A stretch of DNA of 64,000 bases, taken from the NCBI GenBank assembly GCA_964016885.1, contig OZ024741.1, forward strand, positions 86,800,001 through 86,864,000, given 5' to 3'. The notes beneath the pieces are model-generated. The model was not told the origin of the DNA and searched no databases. It was given only the letters and a program-made list of their open reading frames with translations. Positions 39,589-51,362 of this stretch are shown piece after piece. Position 1 is the stretch's first letter, and the number at the start of each line of letters is the position of its first letter. The stretch comes from Eledone cirrhosa. Its lineage: Eukaryota. The position numbers were made by a program, and so were the translations under genes.

Positions 39589-41388
39589 ATGGCAAAAGAA
39601 ATAAAAAAACCTCAATACCAGTGTGATATTTGCAAAAAATCATTATCTCGGAAAGATACACTCATTAGTCACCAACGCATCCATAATGGAGAGAAGCCAT
39701 ATCATTGTGATATATGTGGTAAATCATTCTCTCAAAAAGATAGCGTAAATAGTCACAAACGGATTCATACAGGTGAGAAGCCCTTTCACTGTAATATTTG
39801 TGGTAAATCATTCTCTCAAAAAGATAGCGTAACTAGTCACAAACGGATTCATACAGGAGAGAAGCCCTTTCACTGTGATATTTGTGGTAAATCATTCTCT
39901 TCAAAATCTAACTTAACTGTTCACAAACGGAGTCATACAGGAGAGAAGCCATATCATTGTGATATCTGTGGTAAATCATTCTCTGAAAGTGGTGTCTTAA
40001 TTAAACACAGACGTATTCATACAGGAGAGAAACCATATCGCTGTGATATCTGTGGTAAATCATTCTCTGAAAATGGTGTCTTAATGAAACACAGACGTAT
40101 TCATACAGGGGAGAAACCATATCACTGTGATATCTGTGATAAATCATTCTCTCAACATCATCACTTAGCTAGACATAAATACATTCATACAGGAGAAAAA
40201 CCATATCACTGTGATATCTGTGGTAAATCCTTCTCTGAAAATAGTGACCTGACTAAGCATAAATGGATTCATACAGGAGAGAAGCCCTTTCACTGTGATA
40301 TTTGTGGTAAATCATTCTCTTCAAAATCTAACTTAACTGTTCACAAACGGAGTCATACAGGAGAGAAGCCATATCATTGTGATATCTGTGGTAAATCATT
40401 CTCTGAAAGTGGTGTCTTAATTAAACACATACAAATTCATACAGGGAAGAAATCATATCAATGTGATATCTGTGATAAATCATTCTCTCAACATCATTAC
40501 TTAGCTAGACATAAATACATTCATACAGGAGAAAAACTATATCACTGTGATTACTGTGGTAAGTCCTTCTCTGCAACTGATAACTTAACTAAACACAGAC
40601 GGACTCATATGGGAGAAAAACCATATCACTGTGATATCTGTGGTAAATCATTTTCTGTATCTTGTAATTTAACTAATCACAAACGGACTCATACAGGAGA
40701 AAAACCATATCACTGTGATATCTGTGGTAAATCATTTTCTGTATCTGGTAACTTAACTAAACACAGACGGACACATACAGGAGAAAAACCATATCACTGT
40801 GATATCTGTGGTAAATCATTCTCTCAACATCATTACTTAGCTAGACATAAATACATTCATACAGGAGAAAAACCATATCACTGTAATATCTGTAGTAAAT
40901 CCTTCTCTGGAAATAGTGACCTGACTAAACATAAACGTATTCATACTGGAGAAAATCGATATCACTGTGATATCTGTGGTAAATCATTTTCTGCAACTGA
41001 TAACTTAACTAAACACAGACGGACTCATACGGGAGAAAAACCATATCACTGTGATATCTGTGGTAAATCATTTTCTGTATCTTGTAACTTAACTAATCAC
41101 AAACGGACTCATACAGGAGAAAAACCATATCACTGTGATATCTGTGGTAAATCATTTTCTCTATCTTGTAACTTAACTAAACACAGACGGACACATACAG
41201 GAGAAAAACCATATCTCTGTGATATCTGTGGTAAATCATTCTCTCGTTCTAGTCACTTAGTAATTCACAAACGAACTCATACAGGAGAGAAACCATATCA
41301 TTGTGTTATCTGTGATAAATTCTTCTCCAGTCGTGATTATTTATCTAAACACAAATGGATTCATATTGGAAAAAAACAATTTCACTGA
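39589..41388 (+). CDS. C2H2 zinc-finger protein, 21 fingers (ZNF-B2)
   Basis: Uninterrupted 599-aa ORF with the same N- and C-termini as 11889..13853 but a different internal finger order. Confidence 0.92.
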   Translation: MAKEIKKPQYQCDICKKSLSRKDTLISHQRIHNGEKPYHCDICGKSFSQKDSVNSHKRIHTGEKPFHCNICGKSFSQKDSVTSHKRIHTGEKPFHCDICGKSFSSKSNLTVHKRSHTGEKPYHCDICGKSFSESGVLIKHRRIHTGEKPYRCDICGKSFSENGVLMKHRRIHTGEKPYHCDICDKSFSQHHHLARHKYIHTGEKPYHCDICGKSFSENSDLTKHKWIHTGEKPFHCDICGKSFSSKSNLTVHKRSHTGEKPYHCDICGKSFSESGVLIKHIQIHTGKKSYQCDICDKSFSQHHYLARHKYIHTGEKLYHCDYCGKSFSATDNLTKHRRTHMGEKPYHCDICGKSFSVSCNLTNHKRTHTGEKPYHCDICGKSFSVSGNLTKHRRTHTGEKPYHCDICGKSFSQHHYLARHKYIHTGEKPYHCNICSKSFSGNSDLTKHKRIHTGENRYHCDICGKSFSATDNLTKHRRTHTGEKPYHCDICGKSFSVSCNLTNHKRTHTGEKPYHCDICGKSFSLSCNLTKHRRTHTGEKPYLCDICGKSFSRSSHLVIHKRTHTGEKPYHCVICDKFFSSRDYLSKHKWIHIGKKQFH

Positions 41389-42436
41389 TATCTGTGGTCA
41401 ATCACTTTCTTATACAAGTAACTTAACTAAACACCAGTACATTCATACAGATTAAAGTCATATAACTGATATCTGTGGTAAATCATTTTCTCAAAACCTT
41501 TTCTTTACCTATACAGGAGAGTAATTCTGTAGTGAAATTGTACACCAGGTAGTTTGTTATTGCAAATATATAAACCACAATACCACAAAGCTGCTATGCT
41601 ACTAATTTATTAAATATAACTTTTGCCAAAGTTATATGACAATACATGAAGAACAAATAACCACAGATGAAATATGTGATGTTATGTATCAGGATGATGT
41701 GTATGCGTGTTTGCTTGCAAAGTTATTATTAAAAATGTATTTACCAAACTTCTGTTGATGGGATGAATTTCGCTGGCTTGGCCGAGAAAGAAAGAGAAGA
41801 TAAGACCCACAGGGTCTGTGTAAAGCAGTGGACTACATGTTAACTGTGAGAATTCAACTCTGTGACTGACCTGCCTGACTCTGGGAATAGGCTATTTATG
41901 AATATCCCTTCCTTTGTCTCTGGGACCTGACAACAAGCAGATGGCCATTTGATATGTCAAAATCTCAGGCATATTGGTGACTTGAAAATCCATTCAGATC
42001 TGTTCTGCTAGATTATCCTATGATAGCAATATCAGTGGCACCTCATGTAGGATGTAGTTTTTCATCACGCAGGTCAGTCTTTGAACTGCTAGAGTCTAGG
42101 TTCTCAACTTGATTGAACATATATTGTATATCATCAGTTCGCTGAGTGGCATGTTGACAGCATTGATTTCACTGGCAAGATCAGTAGTATGGAATTCAAG
42201 AAGAGTGAAGCCAGCAAAAGTCTGTCATCATACAGAGATCAGCTCACCTATGCTACCTTGTTTCAACAGTAGTGATCACATGATGAAATCTTTCACCATG
42301 TATGGGCGTTGTGATGTTTCTCCTACAGTCCTTGAATGCATATTCCCCACAGATGTAGCAAAAGTGATCTGGGTCATTGTAACAAACACGTCTTGAAGTG
42401 GAGATATAAAAAATAGCTGTCCACAGTGAACAGTGC

Positions 42437-43000
42437 AATTTTCGAGGGTTTTTCTTAGTAGTTTTCATGACGTTATTATTGTTAATTTTACTGATGTAGT
42501 ATTAACTTGGATATTTACCATGCGGTATTCTAGGTATTTTAGCCTACATATTGTTGTTAATATTAATGATGTTCCCTGCTGTATTAGCGATAAATTTTCG
42601 AGGGTTTTTCTTAGTAGTTTTCATGACGTTATTATTGTTAATTTTACTGATGTAGTATTAACTTGGATATTTACCATGCGGTATTCTAGGTATTTTAGCC
42701 TACATATTGTTGTTAATATTAATGATGTTCCCTGCTGTATTAGCGATAAATTTTCGAGGGTTTTTCTTAGTAGTTTTCATGACGTTATTATTGTTAATTT
42801 TACTGATGTAGTATTAACTTGGATATTTACCATGCGGTATTCTAGGTATTTTAGCCTACATATTGTTGTTAATATTAATGATGTTCCCTGCTGTATTAGC
42901 GATAAATTTTCGAGGGTTTTTCTTAGTAGTTTTCATGACGTTATTATTGTTAATTTTACTGATGTAGTATTAACTTGGATATTTACCATGCGGTATTCTA
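42437..43000. repeat. Apparently perfect tandem repeat, 156-bp unit x ~3.6
   Basis: Units start at 42437, 42593, 42749 and 42905. Confidence 0.95.
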
Positions 43001-43289
43001 ATTCTATTGTATCTCTCTCACACCATGGACCCCCACACACACCATAGTCTATTCGACCTAGCATGCCATTTCCACTGCTGCTGCTACTACCTGCCTAACT
43101 AACTGTCTCCTCCTCTGGCGCATCCCAACACACCCTGCCATTACCCCACCACCACTGTTCTTCTAGCCCTCAATTTTCCCACCGTTATGGATGGATGAGC
43201 TGAGAATACATTTGAGCAACTCTGACTCAATAGATGAAATATGAATCTGCGAGCTACCAAGCACCCACGTGAAGCGCCAACCCAGAGAA

Positions 43290-44769
43290 AACTAGAAAAC
43301 TAGGAGTAGATGAATGGCTTGTGAAAGCGGTACAAGCCATGTATAGGGGAGCAGTCAGCAAAGTTAGGATTAGCAATGAGTATAGCGAGGAATTTAGCGT
43401 ACAGGTTGGGGTCCACCAGGGCTCTGTTCTTAGCCCTCTCCTATTCATCATAGTCCTGCAGGCAATAACGGAGGAGTTTAAGACCGGATGCCCATGGGAA
43501 CTCCTGTATACTGATGACCTCGCACTCATAGCTGAATCTATGGTAGAACTAGAGAATAAATTCCAAACCTGGAAGCAGGGACTAGAGAGAAAGGGCCTCA
43601 AAGTCAACATGACAAAGACTAAGGTCCTTGTAAGTAGACGAGAAAACAGAACCCAGATCCCCTCAGGGAAATGGCCTTGCTCAGTATGTAGGAAAGGTGT
43701 AGGTAGGAACTCCATTCTCTGCCCCAAATGCAAACAATGGGTACACAAGAGATGTAGCAGGATCTCAGGAAGCTTAATTAAGAATGTAGGATTCACATGC
43801 AGCAGCTGTGCTGAAACAGCAAGCAAACAGCCACAGGAAACAAGTACCACCAATCTCTGGGAGGGCCCTGTAGAAACAGTAGACAGCTTCTGCTACCTAG
43901 GTGACCGAATTAGCAACGGAGGTGGGTGCTCAGAAAGTACAATAACTAGGGTAAGAACGGGATGGAAGAAGTTTAGGGAACTACTTCCACTGCTAGCTGC
44001 AAAAGGCTTCTCCCTCAGAATGAAAGGCAGACTGTATGATGCGTGTATCCGAACAGCGATGTTGCATGGTAGTGAGACCTGGGCGCTGAAGGTGGAAGAC
44101 TTACGTAGATTAGAGAGAAACGAAGCCTGCATGCTCCGATGGATGTGTAACAGTAATATACGTGAACGACAAAGCATAAAGGAATTGAGAGAGAGACTGA
44201 GCATAATAGGAATCAAATGCTGCGTGCAGGAGAGGCGGTTACGCTGGTATGGACATGTGATGCGTATGAAGGATGACAGCTGCATAAAAAGGTGCAGAGC
44301 ACTAGAAGTTGATGGAAACTGCGGAGTGGGGAGACCCAAGATGACTTGGGATGAGGTGATAAAAGCCGACCTTACCCAACTACACCACTCAAAGACAATG
44401 ACACACGACCGTGACTTCTGGCGTCACGCAGTAATACAGGGTATCCGACCTCCCATGGGTACATGCTGAAGCATATAAACAATATGCCCCCACTTCCCCC
44501 ACCGTAAGGTGGTCGTGGAGGCGCCACGGCAAAAAAGCACCCAGCCCACACTGTAAAGTGGACGTGTAGGCGCCACGAAAAAGCACCCAGCACTCACTGT
44601 AATTGAGGTTGGTGTTAGGAAGGGCATCCAGCTGTAGAAATCAAGCCAGATCAGTTCCTGTATGAGCAAGGCATGGTCAGCCGACCAGACACTGCCCACA
44701 ACAGGACAACCCGTCTAACCCATGCTAGCGTGGAAGAACGGACGTAAAACGGTGATGATGATGATGATA
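43290..44769 (+). mobile_element. RTE LINE 3' half
   Basis: ORF 43321..44469 with GVHQGSVLSP, YTDD, PHD-type finger and RLRWYGHV, then 3' UTR and (GAT)n tail. Confidence 0.92.
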
Positions 44770-44972
44770 CAAGTCACAATAACATCTAAAACAAGCATTT
44801 AAATTAAAGTGTTCTAAAAAGAGACATGACTTAATATGCACTATATCTCCTTTTACAGCTCTCTCATTAAAAGTTGTCACAAAAAAACAAAGGCATTCTT
44901 AAAAGTCTAATAGGAACACTTGATGTACTGCCTGTTACATTACATTTCTGTAAATTTGGTATACAGGGGGTA

Positions 44973-45658
44973 TATGAAGGTGGGCCGAAAAGTTAATAGA
45001 CTGACTATGAAGGAATGATGCATGCATCAATTGCAATCTTTCTTATTAATAACTGCATAGTTTCTTTCCAGGAAAGAAAACTTCAAAAGTAAATAGTAGT
45101 GACTTCTCTTGAAAATGGACGAAAGTTAGCATTGTGGTGTCATTCAAGCTAACATTGTTGTTACATTAGGGGATGGTGCTTCAGCTTTACCAACAGTACA
45201 AAGGTGGGCAGCTGGATTTAAGAGGGGAAAGGGCCTTGCTGAGGCAGTTATGAAAGGCTATCAAGACCAAACACCCAGGAAAACTAATGAAAGGGGTCTT
45301 GTTTTCTCAGGACAATGCTCCAGCACACAAGTCCTTGATTTCAAAGGCTACACTGTACATGACTGGCTTTGAACTGGTTGATTACCCTCCCTATTCTCTT
45401 GATTTGGCCCCATTTAACTATCATTATTCGCCAAAATGAAAAAACACTTGGCTGGGAACCAGTATCACAATGATGATGATATCATATCTGTTGACAAATT
45501 TTTTTACCAACAGGATGAAAGCTTTTTCACCAATGGTATCCATGCACTGCAACACCGATGGAAGAAGTGTGTGGACTATGTTGAAAAATAAGCCTTATTT
45601 GGTTACATTTCACGAGAGTATCTTGGTCAGCCTCTGAACTTTTAAACCAATCCTCATA
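44973..45658 (+). mobile_element. Internally deleted mariner element
   Basis: Imperfect TIRs TATGAAGGTGGGCCGAAAAGTT / AACTTTTAAACCAATCCTCATA. Motifs QDNAPAH, PPYSLDLAP and RWKKCV. Confidence 0.8.
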
Positions 45659-45929
45659 TTGTAGATCAAAATCTAGATGTGATGGAGAAAATCTGATTCC
45701 TTATTCAGAAAGAAAACCCTAAAATTAGCTTAAATCACCTGAATCCTGAATTATCTGTTGCTAAAGAAACTTTTTTTCATTTAGTCATGCAGTGTAAGTA
45801 GTAAATAAAAAAACTTTAGTAAATAATATTAAAAACAACTCTAGACATTTTTTGATCCTATGATTTCATTAGCAAAATTAGTTAAGTTTAATTGTTACCA
45901 TACGAAACAACTTAGGAAAATATACTTCC

Positions 45930-47786
45930 AAGGCATCTGGGTCTGTAGGTCACACTATAACCACACGTATTGTTAACCAGGTAATACTAGGTGTCATACC
46001 AAAAGATTGGTGCAGTAGCATCATTGTCAACTGCTATAAAGGTAAAGGTGATGCACTAGATAGAGGAAACTATAGAGGTATAAAGCTGATGGACCAGGTC
46101 ATGAAAGTAACAGAAAGAGTTATAGCACAGTTGATAAGGGACCGGGTGAAACTAGAGATGCAATTTGGGTTTGTACCAGGAAGAGGCACCACTGATGCCC
46201 TCTTCCTTGTCAGTCAGTTACAGGAAAAGTACCTAGCTAAAAGTAAGCCACTCTACCTGGCATTTGTCGACCTTGAGAAAGCCTTTGACAGAGTTCCACG
46301 TGCTGTAATCTGGTGGGCTCTTAGAAAACTAGGAGTAGATGAATGGCTTGTGAAAGCGGTACAAGCCATGTATAGGGGAGCAGTCAGCAAAGTTAGGATT
46401 AGCAATGAGTATAGCGAGGAATTTAGCGTACATGTTGGGGTCCACCAGGGCTCTGTTCTTCGCCCCCTCCTGTTCATCATAGTCCTGCAGGCAATAACGG
46501 AGGAGTTTAAGACCGGATGCCCATGGGAACTCCTGTATGCTGATGACCTCGCACTTATAGCTGAATCTATGGTAGAACTAGAGAAGAAATTCCAAACTTG
46601 GAAGCAGGGACTAGAAAGAAAGGGTCTCAAAGTCAACATGACAAAGACTAAGGTCCTTGTAAGTAGACGAGAAAACAGAACCCAGATCCCCTCAGGGAAA
46701 TGGCCTTGCTCAGTATGTAGGAAAGGTGTAGGTAGGAACTCCATTCTCTGCCCCAAATGCAAACAATGGGTACACAAGAGATGTAGCAGGATCTCAGGAA
46801 GCTTAATTAAGAATGTAGGCTTCACATGCAGCAGCTGTGCTGAAACAGCAAGCAGCAAACAGCCACAGGAAACAATTACCACCAATCTCTGGGAGGACTC
46901 TGTAGAAACAGTAGACAGCTTCTGCTACCTAGGTGACCGAATTAGCAGCGGAGGTGGGTGTTCAGAAAGTACAATAACTAGGGTAAGAACGGGATGGAAG
47001 AAGTTTAGGGAACTACTACCACTGCTAGCTGCAAAAGGCTTCTCCCTCAAAATGAAAGGCAGACTGTATGATGCGTGTATCCGAACAGCGATGTTGCATG
47101 GTAGTGAGACCTGGGCGCTGAAGGTGGAAGACTTACGTAGATTAGAGAGAAACGAAGCCTGCATGCTCCGATGGATGTGTAACAGTAATATACACGAACG
47201 ACAAAGTATAAATGAATTGAGCATAAGAGGAATCAAATGCTGTATGCAGGAGAGGCGGTTGCGCTGGTATGGACATGTGATGCGTATGAAGGATGACAGC
47301 TGCATAAAAAGGTGCAGAGCACTAGAAGTCGATGGAAACCGCGGAGTGAGGAGACCCAAGATGACCTGGGATGAGGTGATAAAAGCCGACCTTACCCAAT
47401 TACACCTCTCAAAGGCGATGACACACGACCGTGACCTCTGGCGTCACGCAGTAATACAGAGTACCCGACCTCCCATGGGTACAAGCTGAAGCATATAGAC
47501 AATATGCTCCCACACTCCCCACCGCAAGGTGGTCGTGGAGGTGCCACGGCAAAAAAGCACCCAGCCCACACTGTAAAGTGGACGTGTAGGCGCCACGAAA
47601 AAGCACCCAGCACTCACTGTAAATGAGGTTGGTGTTAGGAAGGGCATCCAGCTGTAGAAATCAAGCCAGATCAGTTCCTGTATGAGCAAGGCATGGTCAG
47701 CCGACCAGACACTGCCCACAACAGAACAACCCGTCTAACCCATTCTATCGTGGAAGAACGGACGTAAAACGGTGATGATGATGATG
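45930..47786 (+). mobile_element. 5'-truncated RTE LINE with complete RT, inserted after the duplication
   Basis: NYRGIKL, QFGFVPGRGT, FVDLEKAFDRV, YADD, PHD-type finger and (GAT)n tail. The empty site is at ~14940 in unit 1. Confidence 0.93.
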
Positions 47787-47867
47787 ACTGAAATCTGTGG
47801 GCGTTTTTTCTATAACAATACCTATATATTATATAAAACATGTAGCATCTAGCATATCTCTTTCTAG

Positions 47868-47985
47868 GTACAAATCCTGCCGAGGTTAACTTTGCCTTTC
47901 GTCCTTTCGGGGTCGATAAAATAAAGTACCAGTAATACACTGGGTATTTGCTGGCCTTGTGCCAAATGTAGAAACGATTATTACT
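47868..47985 (+). mobile_element. 5'-truncated SINE family 1
   Basis: Core and tail are present. Unit 1 has an unrelated ~25 bp at ~15024..15052. Confidence 0.8.
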
Positions 47986-48337
47986 TTGTTCCTCAACCAA
48001 AATGGAATGTGTATTACCAGCGGTGATAACACCAGTGAAGTCCCTCTTGAAAAACTGTATATATACATACACATGCTCTTTCTCTCACACACATCTACAC
48101 ATACATATCCACTGTAAATGCAAAAGGATTTTATCCCGTTTAGCACGATATAGACTCCGTTGATCACAACCTTTGAAAAGACAGCCAACAGATCTTCCTA
48201 CACTATAGACGCCATTATCAATAGTTTTCCTACAGATGGCGATATGAACAGATCTGTTTTATCTTGAAGAATTTTTTGGGGGTTTCTACTCCTGCTCACT
48301 ATCTTTCTATTTCTTCTTTAATTCCCCATTCTATTTT

Positions 48338-48366
48338 CTGATGAAAGACTAGCGCCCGAAACGTTA
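48338..48366 (+). ncRNA. Minimal hammerhead ribozyme core (degenerate stem II)
   Basis: CTGATGA-A-AGAC-tagc-GCCC-GAAA-CG-TTA. Confidence 0.45.
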
Positions 48367-48715
48367 AGACCCTTTTCCTACTATATCAAGCATAACACTA
48401 ATAATCGATAACCATCACGCAGCTCTATGGTCGCTCAATAAGAGAATTGAAGCTAAAAATGTAAAACTTCAGAGCGTCAATATTTAATATTTTGAAGAGA
48501 ACAATATAATCAGACAGAATACGTATTATACTTACATAGCCACTAAATTTTTTATTAGGCCTATATGTCACCATTCACTCCCGCTTACTATTGCTTAGGT
48601 GTCTTTCCAGAGACCCAGGTTATCTGGTACACAGGGGTCAGCCAGAGAATACCTTCTCTATTTGAGGCTTTTAACATATCGGGCCGGATTTCATCATTCA
48701 CAGTAGCCTTGCCTC

Positions 48716-51297
48716 TAATCACGTATTTCGTGTTAATTTCCTGTTCTTGGATTGCAAAAGCATATCATTCAAAGTGGGAGCCAATATAACAGTTGTTGGT
48801 CCAAGATAGACTACTTTCCTTATCTATATTACTCTCACTCTGAAGCTTCCTGGCAACATAGCCATGCATGATTTTTTGCTGATAAGGATGCAGTTTTTCA
48901 TCCATGGATTCACTGCGATACTGCTGAGTGACTTCCCTGGGTGTGAGTTTTTGATTATCACACGGAATATCTCTCGAGGAATATCTCTCGTGTAGTATTC
49001 CCTGGTTACGCGTTCCTTATTACAGATACCTTTATAGGATATGTTCTCATCTATCCCCAGGTATCTAGCAGTCCTCATCAGATATCGGTGAAACAGTTAG
49101 GCCATTGATGACAATGTTGCTAGATTGGGTTGTTGTTTTTCCCCGCTTTACAGTCATGTATGAGCATTTATCTTGGCCAAACTCCATTCCTATATTCTTT
49201 GAGAACGTTGTAACCAGGTCAAGATTTTTCTTCATCCCATCCATGTTCTTGGCATAGAGTTTCAGATCATCCACAAAGAAATTATCGGTTAGGTTCGTAT
49301 TTCTGTGCTGTGAGCCAATGATGTATCCTTCACATTTCTTGAGCAGAATGATAATATCACAGAGAGATTGTTTCCCTGAAATATACCCCTGCAATATTTT
49401 ATTTTATCAGTGAAAATAGAGTCCTCCCTCTCTGTCTTTAACCTTAGGATAGTAGCCCAAGAAGAAGACAGCTTCTCTATGGCTCTGATAATAATGTCTG
49501 AGTTTTAGCAAGTTGGAGGGCCTCTATCATCCAAGAGTGGGGAACAGAATCGAAAGCTTTCCTGTAGTCCAGTCAGACTGTAGCCATATTCCTCCTAAGT
49601 TGTTGCACCTCCGACATCACAGTTTTGTTGATTAGGAGTTGTTCAGCACATCCCCAAATCCCTTTCTTTCCAGCTGCTTGTTCATCTGTGATGATGTTAT
49701 TATTTTCACAGTGATGTTGGAGGAATAGGTTCAGGCAGGCTGTATACATCTTATACATCAGGTTCTAGCATGCAATGGGTCGGTAGATTTTTGCCAAGTG
49801 GGTGTCTTTGTTCTTGAGGACCAGTAATGTTTGTGCTAATGTCAACCATTCTGGTATAAGTGTATCTCCCTTAAGAACTTGTTGGTAGAGGTCAGTAAGA
49901 TACCTTCGATAGAATATCAGTTTTTTGTACCAATAGCCGACAATCATGTCTCTTCCTGGCGTTTTCTTATCTTGAAGTTTTCCTATCACAGTCTCAAGGG
50001 TCCCTCACTTATTTCGTATGTTTTTGTTGTAGTGTAGGAGCAATAGTTCTTTTGGATTTCTTTTAGCCACACTGCATCTTGGTTGAAATTCTTTTTTTCA
50101 CCCCATATTTTGCTCCAAAAGGAATCTATGTCTTTCTGGGATGGGGCCTCAGTGACACATATTATTTTGTTCTTCATATCTTTATAGACTGATGTTTGGT
50201 TTCGTCTGAATATTTTATTAAGCACTTTTCTCTCATCTACCTTCTTCAGGTATCAGCGTTTTTCGCTAACAGCTCTCAATTCTTGTTTGAGGGTGATCAG
50301 TTTATATTGAAGAGTTCTGGTTCTACTGTTACCAAAACATCGTCTCTATTTTATTTTTCACTCTTTGTTGGTGAGGAGTGAGGTTTTTTTGTGTTTGTTT
50401 GCATGTAAGGAGCATTGTCACATATCCTATGGTTTTTCGTAGGTCAGCAACCTTTTTTTCTATTTTAGTTATATATGATGGTATTTTTGGTGGTGTTTTG
50501 TTCTTGTTAATATCTCTGCTATCACCAAGATAATGCTTCACTGTCGTTGCTAAGGCATATAAACAGGCGTTGATTTGCCAAAATGTTGGGGTTTTTATCT
50601 GTCGTAAATATTCACCCCCTATTTCGTCAATAACACGTAATATTTCATTATTTGGCTTTTTATTAAATATTGTCGTTTTAATACGTTCAGCAAGAGAGAT
50701 ATTTATACATGAATTAATTTCTCTCTGGAAGATTTCGTTGAGGGAAATTTTCAATTGTTTATACTCTTGATTATTATCATTATCGATAGTATTTTCCACA
50801 ACAGTCGAGGTAGACTCGGATGGTACACGTGGTGTCAAATTTCTTCGATTATTATTATTATCGATAGCGTTTTCGCCAGCATTCGAGGTAGACTTAGATG
50901 GTACACGTGGTGTCAAGTTTCTTACAGGCATAGTTGTTTCAAGGCATTGTTCGACCTGGCTGCTAGGAAATCTAGTAGCATGGCGACCTGTAGCACGTGT
51001 TGTTGATTCCATGTTTGTTGTGGGGGACTTACAATTAATAATATTTATATTATTTTTACGTTCAACAAACGTCGCTTGTTGGCGTAATTATTTCGCTGTG
51101 AAATAATTTAGCTCTGGGTGCATTTCGTCCCAGTGTAGCTTCATTCTGTTCATATAGCCAATGGAGGGATTGTTTTTTGCCATTTTATAACAATTAAATA
51201 AATCATCATTAAGTTTGCAACTCCAAGAGAAATTCGATTTATAATTTCGGTTTCTTCTGTAGCTACAACTGAATAAAGTTTGTTTACCTTTCTTGTT
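48716..51297 (-). mobile_element. R4/Dong-like non-LTR retrotransposon copy A (5' part, internally deleted, 3'-truncated)
   Basis: RT motifs YRPIAC, DYRKAFDSVPH and FFVDDLKLYA, with N-terminal ORF 50329..51012. The 5' end abuts (TATG)n. Confidence 0.8.
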
Positions 51298-51362
51298 GTA
51301 TGTATGTATGTATGTATGTATGTATGTATGTATGTATGTATGTATGTATGTATGTATGTATG
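51298..51362. repeat. (TATG)n microsatellite
   Basis: About 16 perfect units between the two R4-like copies. Confidence 0.95.

Larger units (their letters stand above)
41951..45794 (-). mobile_element. Old Chapaev3-like remnant hosting nested insertions
   Basis: N-terminal transposase motif CYNDPDHFCYICGE (ORF 42253..42468, minus). Right terminus CAGTG is followed by TAA at ~45794. The left boundary is unknown. Confidence 0.5.
26499..48715 (+). repeat. Segmental duplication unit 2
   Basis: Paralogous to 1..15807, with extra Gypsy, RTE, SINE and tandem-repeat insertions. Confidence 0.95.

Noticed and set aside
42433-43047. 204-aa repetitive ORF, or a CRISPR-like array
   Set aside because: The units are identical with no spacers. 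The ORF is a by-product of a stop-free 156-bp (52-codon) repeat and lacks an ATG start.
43254-44339. Long antisense ORFs over RTE copies
   Set aside because: They are shadows of the sense ORF, with breakpoints that vary between copies.
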